Of a stretch of 64,000 nt of DNA, positions 29,852 to 40,513 are shown piece after piece. This DNA comes from a virus (lineage: Duplodnaviria; Caudoviricetes), in IMG/VR virus record IMGVR_UViG_3300010340_001122. The stretch is one strand, 5' to 3'. Under the pieces are notes generated by a model. The model saw only the letters and a list, made by a program, of their open reading frames with translations. It was not told where the DNA came from and ran no database searches. The first letter of the stretch is position 1; each line of letters begins with the position of its first letter. Both the position numbers and the translations under genes were made by a program.

Positions 29852-31375
29852 ATGGCAATAAATATTCAAGAACAATTTAAAGTAAATATATCCTTACCGA
29901 TTGACTCAAGATTAGTTGCAGAAGGAACTGCCGCTAGAGATTCGATTGCTTATAAATATGATGGTATGTTAGTTTTTGATACAGTAGATAGAAAAACTTA
30001 TGTTTGGAATTCATCTGGCGCATCATATTCATTAACAGATTTATCTGGCGTTGGCCAAAATGGTTATGTTTCTAGATGGTCATCTGTTAGTGGATTAACA
30101 GCATCACCAATTGTAATCTTAGACGTTTCAAGTAATACAAATGGTAAAGTTGGTATAAATACTTCTACATCAACTATAAGGGAAGTTTTTCAAGTAAATT
30201 CAGCAAATACATCTTCACAGCCTTTTGTAATTCATAAAGGAGCTGCTAATAATATTTTAGCTTCTAATTGGTATAATTCTGGAGGAACTGATAATTATTT
30301 TGATTCAGCTTCTGGATCTGGTGCTATAAAATTCAAAAGTGATGGTCAAGTTTGGATAATTACGAGAGGATCTAATAGTGTTGCTATGAATACAAGTGAT
30401 ACTATAAATTCAAATGTTGTTGCTATATTTGAGGATACTCGTGTTAATTTTTTAAAACAAGTTCATTTTAATTCATCTGGTACATCAAATACAGGATCAG
30501 CAGCATTTATTAGATCAATGTCTGGATATTCAACACCAACTTCACCAGATTATACTTGGTGGTATAATGATCAAACTGGTATTTACCATCCTGCTAACGA
30601 TAGAATTGGAATATCAATTGCAGGTACACAAAAATTTATTTTAAATTCTACCGGTTTACTATTATCTTCAAATAGTAGTATAACAGTTCCTTCATCAAGA
30701 TTACATTTGGATAGTGGTAGTAGTGGATCATCTTATATGCAGTTTACATCCGGATCGGTTACTGGAACTGGGGCAAATACAGGATTTATGTTAGGTATTA
30801 GTAGTACAGGATATGCGTCATTACAGTCACGATATAATAATAATCCATTTTTATTTATTTTTACAAATGGGAATAACTATTATAGAATGGATAGAAATCA
30901 ATTAACTATTTATTCTAATTCAGTTGGTGAAACTATATCAACTGTTACTAGTGGTGGGGGGCATAGAACAATATATGGTACACGTTCTAATTTTTCACCA
31001 ACATTAGGTATTTTAGAAATAGGTAGTATCACAGTTCCCAATAGTTGTTATTTTAGTATAGAGGCAACCTTTACTGCTGGTTTGCCTACTACACCTAATA
31101 GACAATTTAGAACAAATAAAATAATTGCATCATACGCGGTTAATTCAAGTGGTGTTATATCACCACAGAACTCAACAGATTCTGGATTTACATCGACTTC
31201 TAGTGGAATTAGTTTGGCTATGTTGAAGAGCTCATCAGCTAGTGGTATAAATGGAGGAACATTTGATATATCAACTATCAATACTGTTAAGTTTGTACAA
31301 GGTTTTTCTGTTAGTTCGGGTCACTCAACTGTTGCTTTTACTGCTGTTATTAATACTGGGGTCGGTCAAATCTAA
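29852..31375 (+). CDS. Tail fibre/spike-like structural protein
   Basis: PIDSRLV, YDGMLVFD, GKVGINT, TGIYHPA.D.IG. Confidence 0.65.
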   Translation: MAINIQEQFKVNISLPIDSRLVAEGTAARDSIAYKYDGMLVFDTVDRKTYVWNSSGASYSLTDLSGVGQNGYVSRWSSVSGLTASPIVILDVSSNTNGKVGINTSTSTIREVFQVNSANTSSQPFVIHKGAANNILASNWYNSGGTDNYFDSASGSGAIKFKSDGQVWIITRGSNSVAMNTSDTINSNVVAIFEDTRVNFLKQVHFNSSGTSNTGSAAFIRSMSGYSTPTSPDYTWWYNDQTGIYHPANDRIGISIAGTQKFILNSTGLLLSSNSSITVPSSRLHLDSGSSGSSYMQFTSGSVTGTGANTGFMLGISSTGYASLQSRYNNNPFLFIFTNGNNYYRMDRNQLTIYSNSVGETISTVTSGGGHRTIYGTRSNFSPTLGILEIGSITVPNSCYFSIEATFTAGLPTTPNRQFRTNKIIASYAVNSSGVISPQNSTDSGFTSTSSGISLAMLKSSSASGINGGTFDISTINTVKFVQGFSVSSGHSTVAFTAVINTGVGQI

Positions 31376-32052
31376 TTTTCTTGAGGTTCAAACCACCAAT
31401 TAAAATATATAAAATTATCACCAATTAGTGTATATTGTTCAGAATCATATTCGAATATGATTCTATCATCATATGATTTTAAAACTTCAATAATAGAGTT
31501 ATTAGGCAAATTTAACATTTTACCAGTTTTACTAGAGTAACAAATTATTTCATCTTTTAATAGTTTAAATTTACCAAACTGTGGTTTTAACCAATTTTTA
31601 ATAGATTTTATTATTAATCCTTTAATTTTTATAACCCATTCTTTTGTTTGTATTAAATCAAAGTCTTTGAAAACTTCGGATTTAAATTCCGAATTACCTG
31701 TTACGTCATTAATTATTCCCCAATATTCATCCTCATCTATTATGAATGAAATATAAACATCATATTTATAAGATGTTGATTTTACTATTCTTATGATTTT
31801 AAGATTAGAAACATCTTGATCATCAAGAGATAATTTAGATTTTAATGATCTATAACTAGATGTATTTTGAAGAGATTTAGTTAATGTTCCTATTTTAGAA
31901 ATTGCATTTCTTATTATATCTTCATGTTTATCAAATGCATTAATTGATAGTGATGGATCATCTACATGTATAGCTGATCCTACAGAATCCGAATTTAATC
32001 TTTGTGCATTAAATTCTGTAAATTCTAAAATTAATTTCTTTGACCTTTTCAT
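31372..32052 (-). CDS. Hypothetical protein
   Basis: 226-aa ORF. Confidence 0.7.
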   Translation of the reverse strand: MKRSKKLILEFTEFNAQRLNSDSVGSAIHVDDPSLSINAFDKHEDIIRNAISKIGTLTKSLQNTSSYRSLKSKLSLDDQDVSNLKIIRIVKSTSYKYDVYISFIIDEDEYWGIINDVTGNSEFKSEVFKDFDLIQTKEWVIKIKGLIIKSIKNWLKPQFGKFKLLKDEIICYSSKTGKMLNLPNNSIIEVLKSYDDRIIFEYDSEQYTLIGDNFIYFNWWFEPQEN

Positions 32053-32054
32053 AC

Positions 32055-32068
32055 TTAATATATATTAA
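32055..32068. promoter_or_regulatory. Palindromic TTAATATATATTAA, candidate bidirectional late promoter
   Basis: TAATATATA on both strands between divergent genes starting at 32052(-) and 32085(+). Confidence 0.55.
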
Positions 32069-32084
32069 AACTTAAAATCACTAT

Positions 32085-32390
32085 ATGAAAATTAAAAAGT
32101 TTAATGAGAATGAAATACCTGATTTATCAACTGAAAGAGCTGATGAAATTGTTGAAAATTTGACAGAGTTATCATCTCATATAAATCAAAAGAATGAAAT
32201 TATCGATTCATTTATAAATGAATTAAATAATTTTAGAAGTAGTAAGAAATCTACTAATGATCAAATAGATGATTCAATTGCAAATCTTCAATTAATACGT
32301 GGATCTTTTACTGATGCTGTTGATAAAATTGATAATGTTGTGAATAATATGAAAGATTACAACAAATCAGGTCGTAAATACATATACTAA
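32085..32390 (+). CDS. Hypothetical coiled-coil protein, MKIKKFNEN family
   Basis: N-terminal motif. Confidence 0.7.
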   Translation: MKIKKFNENEIPDLSTERADEIVENLTELSSHINQKNEIIDSFINELNNFRSSKKSTNDQIDDSIANLQLIRGSFTDAVDKIDNVVNNMKDYNKSGRKYIY

Positions 32391-32392
32391 GT

Positions 32393-32587
32393 ATGATTGA
32401 AATTGGTAAAAAAAGTAAGGATTTAGAATCTGGTTATGTATGGGTACCTTATATAATATCATATGATGTTGTGGCTTCACCAGGTTTTTCTGGTGCATCA
32501 ATGATATCCAGATATCAGAATACTAAAATTAAAAAGATAAAAAAAATCCTCGAAAATATAGAGGATTTTAATTTTATTTCAAGTTAG
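32393..32587 (+). CDS. Small protein with GYVWVPYI...SRY motif
   Basis: Resembles the Y.PY.P....RY segment of T4-type capsid proteins; weak. Confidence 0.45.
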   Translation: MIEIGKKSKDLESGYVWVPYIISYDVVASPGFSGASMISRYQNTKIKKIKKILENIEDFNFISS

Positions 32588-33089
32588 TTAATTTATAAAT
32601 TGTTTTATAACAAAGTGAAACAATTTCATCAATTATATTATGTAGATGTGTATCTTCTTCTTTTATTATTTTTCTCTCAGATCTAATATAATCAACTGTT
32701 TTTTGTAAATATTCTAAAGATTTGATTTGTCCAGTCGCTGATGAATCTATAATCTCATATCCCTCAACAATACCATATTGACCTTGATAAGTCTCGATTA
32801 TTTCATCTGTTAGCTCTAGAATATTTTCATAGAATGAATTTAATGCTGAATGTTCCCACCCTGAACCCATTTCAGATTTAACTTGTAGATGAAAAATATG
32901 TGACATTTGTCTAGCTTCAAATAATTTTGAAAAAAATTTCACTGGAGATGAATCACCTTGATCTTGATTTTCGGGTTGTTCTTGCTTTACTTCTTCAGGT
33001 TTTGTTTCTATATTTTGTGGTAATGTTAATTCTTGTTCATTTATTTTTTTAAGAACTCTTGATTTCTGTATTGATGAAAATCGTTTCAT
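32574..33089 (-). CDS. Ferritin/Dps-like four-helix protein (DUF5856-like)
   Basis: H.FHLQ, EH.AL..FYE, D..IETYQGQYG, NIIDEI......YKL. Confidence 0.7.
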   Translation of the reverse strand: MKRFSSIQKSRVLKKINEQELTLPQNIETKPEEVKQEQPENQDQGDSSPVKFFSKLFEARQMSHIFHLQVKSEMGSGWEHSALNSFYENILELTDEIIETYQGQYGIVEGYEIIDSSATGQIKSLEYLQKTVDYIRSERKIIKEEDTHLHNIIDEIVSLCYKTIYKLTNLK

Positions 33090-33115
33090 AGAGTAGATTT
33101 ATTTTTCTTTATATA

Positions 33116-33574
33116 TTAAATTTCCTTTATTGGGTTTTTTAGAAATTTAAGTATTAATTTTCCATCAATTCCAGCTAATCTCATTCTATGATAGAATTCC
33201 ATTCTTTTTTGGGTGTTTGGATTTGAATTTCCAAATAATGCTCCCCAGGTTGATTTTATTTTTTCTTCATCTGTTTTTTCAATACCATTATCGGAAAAAG
33301 ATCCTGCATATTTTCCCATGTATAAATAAGATGGTTCTGATTCTTCTTCACTTTCTGAAATATTTTCAAAATATTTTTGATATTCTTCTTTAGATACTTC
33401 ACCAATGTTGTTGATTTTGAAATCAACTTGTTCTTCAATTAATCCCAATATAGAGTCACTTTTATATCCAGCTTCTCCTTCATTATCTGATTTTACTATT
33501 AATTTAATTTCAGCTAATATTTCAAAGTATTTCTCATTAGTTTGAGTTTCTAATATTTTGGTGAATTTTTTCAT
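33116..33574 (-). CDS. Hypothetical protein
   Basis: 152-aa ORF, MKKFTKILE start. Confidence 0.65.
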   Translation of the reverse strand: MKKFTKILETQTNEKYFEILAEIKLIVKSDNEGEAGYKSDSILGLIEEQVDFKINNIGEVSKEEYQKYFENISESEEESEPSYLYMGKYAGSFSDNGIEKTDEEKIKSTWGALFGNSNPNTQKRMEFYHRMRLAGIDGKLILKFLKNPIKEI

Positions 33575-33657
33575 TTCTTGATCATATTTTAATTTATAAA
33601 GAAAATCCTCATAATAACTATATATTATTATGAGGACTATATTTTATTTTTAATATT

Positions 33658-34086
33658 TTATAATATCTGTTTTAATTTAGATTCTCTAAAATCTTGTTGG
33701 TCAACTTCTACATCAACCATTTCGTAAAAGGTTAGATTAACCATTTTTATATATTTTTTAGATTCTTCATCAGTTGCCATATTATGTAATCTATATTGAT
33801 CTACCGAATCCCATCTATTTTTAGATTCAATTTTACCATATTTCTCATTTAGAGAATTACAGAATTGTAATAATTCATCTGAATCATCGCAAATATCTTC
33901 AATATCGTAGGAATATTGAGTAATATTTGTTTGTTTGAATTCTTCAATATTCATTTTTTCAACTTCTTCTTCAGCTCCTTCCTTGGTGAAGAATATTTTA
34001 TGTGGATTTCCACCACCACTTTCAGTTGTTGAATATACTTCATCATTATATTCAAATCCTTTTTGTAATACTACGTATCCTATCAT
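33658..34086 (-). CDS. Hypothetical protein with C-terminal RESKLKQIL motif
   Basis: GFEYNDE.Y N-terminal motif; C-terminal motif family. Confidence 0.7.
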   Translation of the reverse strand: MIGYVVLQKGFEYNDEVYSTTESGGGNPHKIFFTKEGAEEEVEKMNIEEFKQTNITQYSYDIEDICDDSDELLQFCNSLNEKYGKIESKNRWDSVDQYRLHNMATDEESKKYIKMVNLTFYEMVDVEVDQQDFRESKLKQIL

Positions 34087-34562
34087 ATTTTACTTTTTAA
34101 GTTATTTAACCATTTATCGACTTGACTATCAGCCATTTCGATTATTTCTTTTTTTGAAAATTTCTGATTAGTTAAAATATCCATTGACATTATTAAACAA
34201 TCTACAGCCTCTAATAAAATATTTCTTTGAATTTCTATTTCACTTAAATTTGAATGCTTGAACCCTATCATTTTAAGTGCTTCTGCTGATAATTCTCCAA
34301 CCTCCTCTTGTAGTTTACAAACCCTTTCTAAGAGACCATATCCTTGAAGACTTGAAACATTTTGAATTATTTCGTAAATATAATCAAAATTATTAAATTC
34401 TTTAACTTTTGACATATTATTTTGTTCATAATGTTCAAGTAGTTGTTGTATTATTAAAATTTCATTATTATCTTCTTCTGTAAGAACTACATCAGATAAA
34501 CTATTTAGATATTCTGTGAATTTTTTATAATCTTCTTTTGTTTTTATTGCTTTTATTTTCAT
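34083..34562 (-). CDS. MazG-like nucleotide pyrophosphohydrolase with HigA-like N-terminus
   Basis: KLQEEVGEL...EAVD MazG motif; N-terminal IKT.EDY...L.E.YE. Confidence 0.75.
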   Translation of the reverse strand: MKIKAIKTKEDYKKFTEYLNSLSDVVLTEEDNNEILIIQQLLEHYEQNNMSKVKEFNNFDYIYEIIQNVSSLQGYGLLERVCKLQEEVGELSAEALKMIGFKHSNLSEIEIQRNILLEAVDCLIMSMDILTNQKFSKKEIIEMADSQVDKWLNNLKSKI

Positions 34563-34608
34563 AAATGAGTTTAAAAATTAAATATATACTTAAAATATAA
34601 TTTTATAT

Positions 34609-34878
34609 ATGAAATATATTAAAAAGTTTGAGAGATTTAGAATGGGTGGAGACACACAAACAAAACCAGCTCCAACTACAAAACCAGCACCAACGACTAC
34701 TCCATCACCAAGTGAAAAACCAGGTCGTCCAAGTCCTATAAGAAGAGATAGACCTTCAGTTAATCCTGATCCACTCGCAGTTGTGGATATGCCAAAAGCT
34801 GAAGAAGAAGCTATTGCTAATAGATTTATTGAATTGGCAAATAGTAAGGGAGTCGATCTAAAAAAATATTTTGAATAA
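34609..34878 (+). CDS. Pro/Thr-rich small protein, MKYIKKFERF family
   Basis: TKPAPT repeated twice. Confidence 0.7.
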   Translation: MKYIKKFERFRMGGDTQTKPAPTTKPAPTTTPSPSEKPGRPSPIRRDRPSVNPDPLAVVDMPKAEEEAIANRFIELANSKGVDLKKYFE

Positions 34879-36507
34879 ATGAAGAATTTTTCCGATTTTC
34901 TAAGAGAATCTAAAATAAGAGGTACGCGAGGTGTTCCTGATAGATATATCTCTGATGTAGAAAGAAGAGCTGCTCATGATATGAGAGACGCTGGTGATCC
35001 AATGGATTTAATGAGATTAGTTGGTGAGGCTACTGATTTATTAGTAGTTGATGCTATTAATCCTAGAGCCAATGGTAGAGATAGGCAAGATATATTGATG
35101 AGATATTTTAATGGTAGATTGTCTGGAGCTGAAAAGGCATCAGTAAGAAATATATTTTCACAGTTAGAAGAATTGGCAGAGTTAATAATTAGGAATAATT
35201 ACGGATCTATTTTGGATAATGTCGATTTAGATATTAAGATGATAACTCCTGGTGCTGTTGGCCAGTTTATGGATGATAACAAAGTAGAAAAGAAAGTAAA
35301 GGCAAAGCCAGAACTTGATAAGAACAAGGAAGATGATATAAAAAAGAAAGAAGAGGAACTAAACAAAAAGTCTGAACAAAATCCAAAAACTGATAATGAT
35401 AAACCGAAAGATAAAGATTTAGATATCAATAAAATTAAGAGTGGAATTGATAGATCAAAAATAGCTAACTCCATAACACAAGGTGAGGGGTTGAATACTA
35501 AAAATATTCTACACTCAGAAGAGGTTAAATCTGAATTATCGAGAATTTTTGGAGATCAAAAAGCTAGAAGATTATTCTCACTTTGGGATTCTATTACAAA
35601 ACTAGCATCTAAAATGGATTGGGAAATATCAATTGATGATAAAGCAAGAATGATGGAAAACCAACCTCAAGGAATGGCTGGTGCTTGTTCTTGTGAATGG
35701 CCAGATGCTCCAAAAGCTACTGATGAACAAAAGAAAAATATATCAGACTGTTTAGAAAATGGTGATTTATTTAATAATGATAACGATGATGAGGATGATG
35801 ATTCTAATGATTCTGATGCTGAGAATGATTTAGGAGAATTATTCTCACAAGGTAACCCTAAGATTAAAGCAGTTGGTATTGATTTTCCTATGTTATTACA
35901 TGAAACTGTTAAAGGTATTTATCAAATGATTTCAGCTGTTGCTATTCCTGAAGATCCTACTTTAGCCACTCTTGTTAAAATGGGAACTTCATCTTTTGAA
36001 GATGAGTCAGAGGATTTTAGATATGGTCCTTATATAGCTGGGGATTTTAGAGACTTTGTTAATAGAAATCCAAAGGCTTTAGATTATCCAAATCTTAGAG
36101 AATTTGTTTATGGTCGAGTTTTACAACTACCAGATGAGGATTTTTTCAGCCTTATTGAAAAAATATTAATGTCTAAAGTTGAAGGTAGAGATAATCAATA
36201 CGCTAGAAGAACCATTGATGCTATAATTGATGAGATAATAGAAGAACTTAAGGGATATGATTATCAACAAGCTATAGATTCTCAAAAAGATGATACAGAA
36301 TATTCTGAGCCAGAGCCAGAAATGGGTGACTCTGAAATGTCTGATATTGATAAATTGATATCACAGTCTAATCAACCTAAATCAGGTGAGAGAGAGTTGA
36401 GTAAGTCAGAGCTTCAAAAAGAAATTGATGATGCTTTGGATAGAGGAGATATGACTTCCGTTAAGAAGTTTGGTGAAGAATTAGCAAAAAGATTTCCAGA
36501 TGCATAA
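34879..36507 (+). CDS. Conserved jumbo-phage hypothetical protein
   Basis: NSITQG, FP.LLHE.VKG, E.EDFRYGP, C-terminal IDDALDRGD. Confidence 0.75.
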   Translation: MKNFSDFLRESKIRGTRGVPDRYISDVERRAAHDMRDAGDPMDLMRLVGEATDLLVVDAINPRANGRDRQDILMRYFNGRLSGAEKASVRNIFSQLEELAELIIRNNYGSILDNVDLDIKMITPGAVGQFMDDNKVEKKVKAKPELDKNKEDDIKKKEEELNKKSEQNPKTDNDKPKDKDLDINKIKSGIDRSKIANSITQGEGLNTKNILHSEEVKSELSRIFGDQKARRLFSLWDSITKLASKMDWEISIDDKARMMENQPQGMAGACSCEWPDAPKATDEQKKNISDCLENGDLFNNDNDDEDDDSNDSDAENDLGELFSQGNPKIKAVGIDFPMLLHETVKGIYQMISAVAIPEDPTLATLVKMGTSSFEDESEDFRYGPYIAGDFRDFVNRNPKALDYPNLREFVYGRVLQLPDEDFFSLIEKILMSKVEGRDNQYARRTIDAIIDEIIEELKGYDYQQAIDSQKDDTEYSEPEPEMGDSEMSDIDKLISQSNQPKSGERELSKSELQKEIDDALDRGDMTSVKKFGEELAKRFPDA

Positions 36508-36524
36508 AATAAATTAAAAAAGAT

Positions 36525-38519
36525 ATGTTATTCAAATACTCAGATTTTAAAAATCAAATACTAAATGAAAATATAGCAGGTGCTAAAAAGATATTAAAAG
36601 ATACTTTTATTATAAACCGTGCTGTTAAAGAAGTTTCTCCTTTAAAAACAGATTCAAGTGGTATGTTTATTTTAGATAAACATGATGAACCTATTGATTT
36701 TAATAGTTTATCACCTGAAATAAAAGATGAGGCTAGAAAGAAGTTTCGAGAAATTAAATTAACTGAGGATGAGTTGCGTCGTGTTGAAAGACATCCTAAA
36801 TTTCAAGAAATTAGAGAATTTTTAGGAGATAAATTAGGATGGGCAGCACTTTTCACATATCTTTATTTCAAAGAAAGAACTTCTATGGAAGAGTTAAAGG
36901 GTATTTTTGCGGATATGGTTAAATATCATGACTTATTATCTAAAACAAGAAGACCGATTACTAATTATATAGACACAAATATTTCAAATAATACTGAACA
37001 ACTTATAGATGATTTAGAGGATATTAAAAGATATAGAAAATTAAAAAAATTTATTGATGAATTTAATTCGGATTTGAAACGTGATTATGCTGTCGCTCCA
37101 ATTTATTTTAAAGAAAGATTGATGGATATTGCTACAGCATTTGATGATATTGGTAAAGATGATAGTGGAAAAATAGATAGTGAGAAACAAAGAGTTATTC
37201 AGAAAAGGTTTTTTGATAAAATTGGTAGATACAAAACTGTTAGAGAATTGACAACAGGTGCTGAAGCTTTCTTAAAAGCTGAATCTAATGCTGGTGTTTC
37301 TAAGTTCTATCAGGCTATTGATACTTGTAATCGAAAGTATGGTGATTATGGTGTTAAAGTTCTTTATGATGAGGGTGGTCTTATGGTGATGGAAGTTAAA
37401 TCTTTTGCAGCTTGTAAAGATTTATTTTCTAATACATCTTGGTGTATTGCTCAGTATTTAGGACAGTGGAATAATTATGTAGGTGGTGATGATGTTTATA
37501 ATAAACAATATTCAATTTTAAATTTTAATTTAGCACCATCTGATAATGAATCTATTATAGGTATTACTATTGGTCCCAATCAGTCAGTTAGAGCTTGCCA
37601 TTTAAAAAATGATGCTGGTGCGGGTAGTACATTTAAGGGAATATTTAATAAATTTGAAAATTCACTAGGTCTTGAGAAAGGATTTATTTGGGAAGGTTTA
37701 GTTCCAATGACTTCTAAAGAAATAGATGAGAAGAAAAGAAGAATTGTTGCTAATAGAGAATTAATTAAAAGAGGATTAACATTAGATCAAATTAAAAAAT
37801 ATATTGTTGAAGATGGTGCTGATGTCAATGCTGGTAATGGTGCTGCGCTTGATAATGCTGTTGCCGATGATGATATTAAAATAGTTGAATTTTTATTAGA
37901 TTATGGAGCTTCTGCTAATTTGAGATCTAGACAGGAAGCTACTGTTAATAAGGTTAAATCATTTGATATTTTAAAATTATTAATTAGTAAAGGTGCTGAG
38001 ATAACACCTCAGGTATTTAAATCATTGGTTGAGGATGAAGATGCTGTTAAGTTTTGTTTAGATAATGGATTAGATCCTAATTTTAATGATAATATGCCAA
38101 TGAGAATTGCTATCAAAAATGGTAAGATAAATTTAGTTAAAATGTTAGAAGACTATAATGTTAATAGTGATAACAGAAGACAGATGAATACTAAACATGC
38201 TGCTGAATATGATAGATGGGATATTTTAGAATATTTTATAAACAAAGGTGGAACTTATTCAGAAGGATTCCAAGAAGTTTTAAAATGGATTGGTCATACT
38301 CAAAAATATAATATGTTACCAAATGCTATAGAAAAGAAGCTACAAGTTTTAGATAAATTACAATCTTATATTGATAAGGGAACTGTTACATGTCATGATT
38401 CACCATATAAAATTGGAACAAATAGAAACTGCACACTTGATGATGTTATTAAACAGTTTGGAAGTGTTAAAAACTGGGTAATTTCTTCACATCCAGATTT
38501 ATCTAAATTTGCTAAATAG
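36525..38519 (+). CDS. Ankyrin-repeat protein with central WC-motif (PcfJ-like) domain
   Basis: GADVN, IVEFLLDYGA, LLISKGA, NGLDPN repeats; SFAAC..L...TSWCIA. Confidence 0.75.
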   Translation: MLFKYSDFKNQILNENIAGAKKILKDTFIINRAVKEVSPLKTDSSGMFILDKHDEPIDFNSLSPEIKDEARKKFREIKLTEDELRRVERHPKFQEIREFLGDKLGWAALFTYLYFKERTSMEELKGIFADMVKYHDLLSKTRRPITNYIDTNISNNTEQLIDDLEDIKRYRKLKKFIDEFNSDLKRDYAVAPIYFKERLMDIATAFDDIGKDDSGKIDSEKQRVIQKRFFDKIGRYKTVRELTTGAEAFLKAESNAGVSKFYQAIDTCNRKYGDYGVKVLYDEGGLMVMEVKSFAACKDLFSNTSWCIAQYLGQWNNYVGGDDVYNKQYSILNFNLAPSDNESIIGITIGPNQSVRACHLKNDAGAGSTFKGIFNKFENSLGLEKGFIWEGLVPMTSKEIDEKKRRIVANRELIKRGLTLDQIKKYIVEDGADVNAGNGAALDNAVADDDIKIVEFLLDYGASANLRSRQEATVNKVKSFDILKLLISKGAEITPQVFKSLVEDEDAVKFCLDNGLDPNFNDNMPMRIAIKNGKINLVKMLEDYNVNSDNRRQMNTKHAAEYDRWDILEYFINKGGTYSEGFQEVLKWIGHTQKYNMLPNAIEKKLQVLDKLQSYIDKGTVTCHDSPYKIGTNRNCTLDDVIKQFGSVKNWVISSHPDLSKFAK

Positions 38520-39011
38520 TTAATCTAAAAGCTCGTCAAGGTTTGAATCTCTGGCTAATCCAGAGTTTATCATTACCTCGTTATATAGTTCATTAAAGTT
38601 ATTATCATTTAATTTAGAAAATGCTGTTTGAATTTCATCAATTAAATCATCATATATTTTAGGATCTCTATAAGCTAGTCTTTTATCTTTATAACACATT
38701 ATATAACCAGTATCTTTTATTATCTCAATACTAAAATAATCATTTGAGTATGGTGAGCTTTTTGAGTTTTTTAATCCATACTCAGATCCAATTGTAATTG
38801 ATTGATCATTTATACCAATAGATAATTGATCTCTTAGACTTATTAATCTAAATATCATATTTCTACTTTTTTCTTTAACCTCAACACTACATTCACTGAA
38901 CATATACTCATTAAATGATTTAGTACTTACAGATAAATGTGTTGGCATTGGCTCTCGTAATAGTTGTGCAGTTTTTTTTGATATTAATTTAGCTAATTTC
39001 TTTTTGTTCAT
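38520..39011 (-). CDS. Hypothetical protein with C-terminal RDSNLDELL motif
   Basis: Start re-called at ATG 39011. Confidence 0.65.
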   Translation of the reverse strand: MNKKKLAKLISKKTAQLLREPMPTHLSVSTKSFNEYMFSECSVEVKEKSRNMIFRLISLRDQLSIGINDQSITIGSEYGLKNSKSSPYSNDYFSIEIIKDTGYIMCYKDKRLAYRDPKIYDDLIDEIQTAFSKLNDNNFNELYNEVMINSGLARDSNLDELLD

Positions 39012-39075
39012 AAAAATTATATTTAAATATATGGAATAGTTCAAATTTGATATATATAAAAAATATTAAAAATTT

Positions 39076-39783
39076 GTGAATTTTATAGGAATCGATCCAT
39101 CATTAGTATCTACTGCTGTTGTTGTAAATGGTACAATAATAAATTATTGCCGAGAATCTAAAGTTATGTTAAAAAATGGCATGTCTAAATGGTTTAAATC
39201 AGCTGAACAATACTGCAACTATCGTTATATAAATTATAGAAGTTTTGATAATTATTCGGATGGTGAGTTAATTAAACTAAAAGATTATGATTCTATAACC
39301 GAATTGATTATTGAAGATATTCTAGAAAGAATTGATACTAATGTTGATTCAATAGTTGGAATAGAGGGATATAATTATGGTGCTACTGTGGGTGACTTAG
39401 TTGATTTGGTTACTTTTTCAACACTTTTAAGAAAAAAATTATTTGATAGAGTTTCTCAAAGAATTATTGTTTTATCACCATCTACTTTAAAACTAGAAGC
39501 TTGTAAATTAACTTATGATCCAATCGTTAAAGAGGTTGGTAAGAAAGTTAAAAGAATTGAGTATGAATATCGAAATAAATTAGGTATATCTGGTGGTAAA
39601 TTTACTAAAAGAGATATGGCAATGGCTATAATGGATAATACTAAAATTGAAGATCCTTGGTTTAAATATTTAAAATCAGTTAGAGATGAAGTTTTATCGG
39701 TTAAGGACATACAGAAGCCACATGAAGATGTAAATGATGCTGTTTTAATATACCATATATTAAAATCAGGAAATATAAGTTAA
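39076..39783 (+). CDS. RuvC-like Holliday junction resolvase
   Basis: FIGIDPSL, VGIEGY, PSTLK, K..M, EDVNDA. Confidence 0.85.
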   Translation: MNFIGIDPSLVSTAVVVNGTIINYCRESKVMLKNGMSKWFKSAEQYCNYRYINYRSFDNYSDGELIKLKDYDSITELIIEDILERIDTNVDSIVGIEGYNYGATVGDLVDLVTFSTLLRKKLFDRVSQRIIVLSPSTLKLEACKLTYDPIVKEVGKKVKRIEYEYRNKLGISGGKFTKRDMAMAIMDNTKIEDPWFKYLKSVRDEVLSVKDIQKPHEDVNDAVLIYHILKSGNIS

Positions 39784-39794
39784 TATATAAATTT

Positions 39795-40115
39795 ATGGCA
39801 AAAACAAATTTTGAGGATATTTTTGGTTCAAATTCTAATGAATATCTGGATTCTATTATTGAAATATATGGTTTGAAGCCGATATATTTGGTTTATCAAG
39901 ATGATACATTGGATATAATTATTGATGAACAATGGAAATCAACTGAAAATGATGTTGTTAAAGTTAATAGAATATTTAAATTTGACATACTATTTCTAGA
40001 TTTGATAAAAGAAGAATCTAGATTAGATGTTTTAAAAAAAGTTCTTGATATCTATGTCAGAAATGAGAATTATGAAGAAGCTGTTTATATTAGAGATATA
40101 ATTAATTTCTATTAA
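39795..40115 (+). CDS. Small protein with C-terminal UVR-like motif
   Basis: V.NENYEEA..IRD.I. Confidence 0.65.
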   Translation: MAKTNFEDIFGSNSNEYLDSIIEIYGLKPIYLVYQDDTLDIIIDEQWKSTENDVVKVNRIFKFDILFLDLIKEESRLDVLKKVLDIYVRNENYEEAVYIRDIINFY

Positions 40116-40462
40116 TTCGGATTTTTAACCAACTGATTTATTGTAAAAACAATTTTATTATCACCTTTTTTATATTCGAGATTTTTTATCTCGAAGTTCA
40201 TAACATCAAAGTGATTTTTTATCTTGGTATAAATATCTTTCTTTTTTAACACCTCATACTCTTTAATTAAATCATTTGGCTTATCACCGGGATCCTTATC
40301 AATTAACTCAATTTTGAAGTTGCTTTTATCAACTTCTACAAGTTCTATTCCAATGTATGGATATTTGTCTAAAAAGTCAGAAAATACAAATGATAAAACA
40401 TCTTCATCTATATCAAAGTGTTTATCAAAATCAAAAAATTCGAAGGTTTTTAAATATTTCAT
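40112..40462 (-). CDS. Hypothetical protein, MKYLKTFE family
   Basis: N-terminal motif; TAATATATA upstream. Confidence 0.7.
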   Translation of the reverse strand: MKYLKTFEFFDFDKHFDIDEDVLSFVFSDFLDKYPYIGIELVEVDKSNFKIELIDKDPGDKPNDLIKEYEVLKKKDIYTKIKNHFDVMNFEIKNLEYKKGDNKIVFTINQLVKNPN

Positions 40463-40513
40463 ATAATCTATATATTATATTGTAATATCAAAAAATATCC
40501 TTATATTTGAAAT

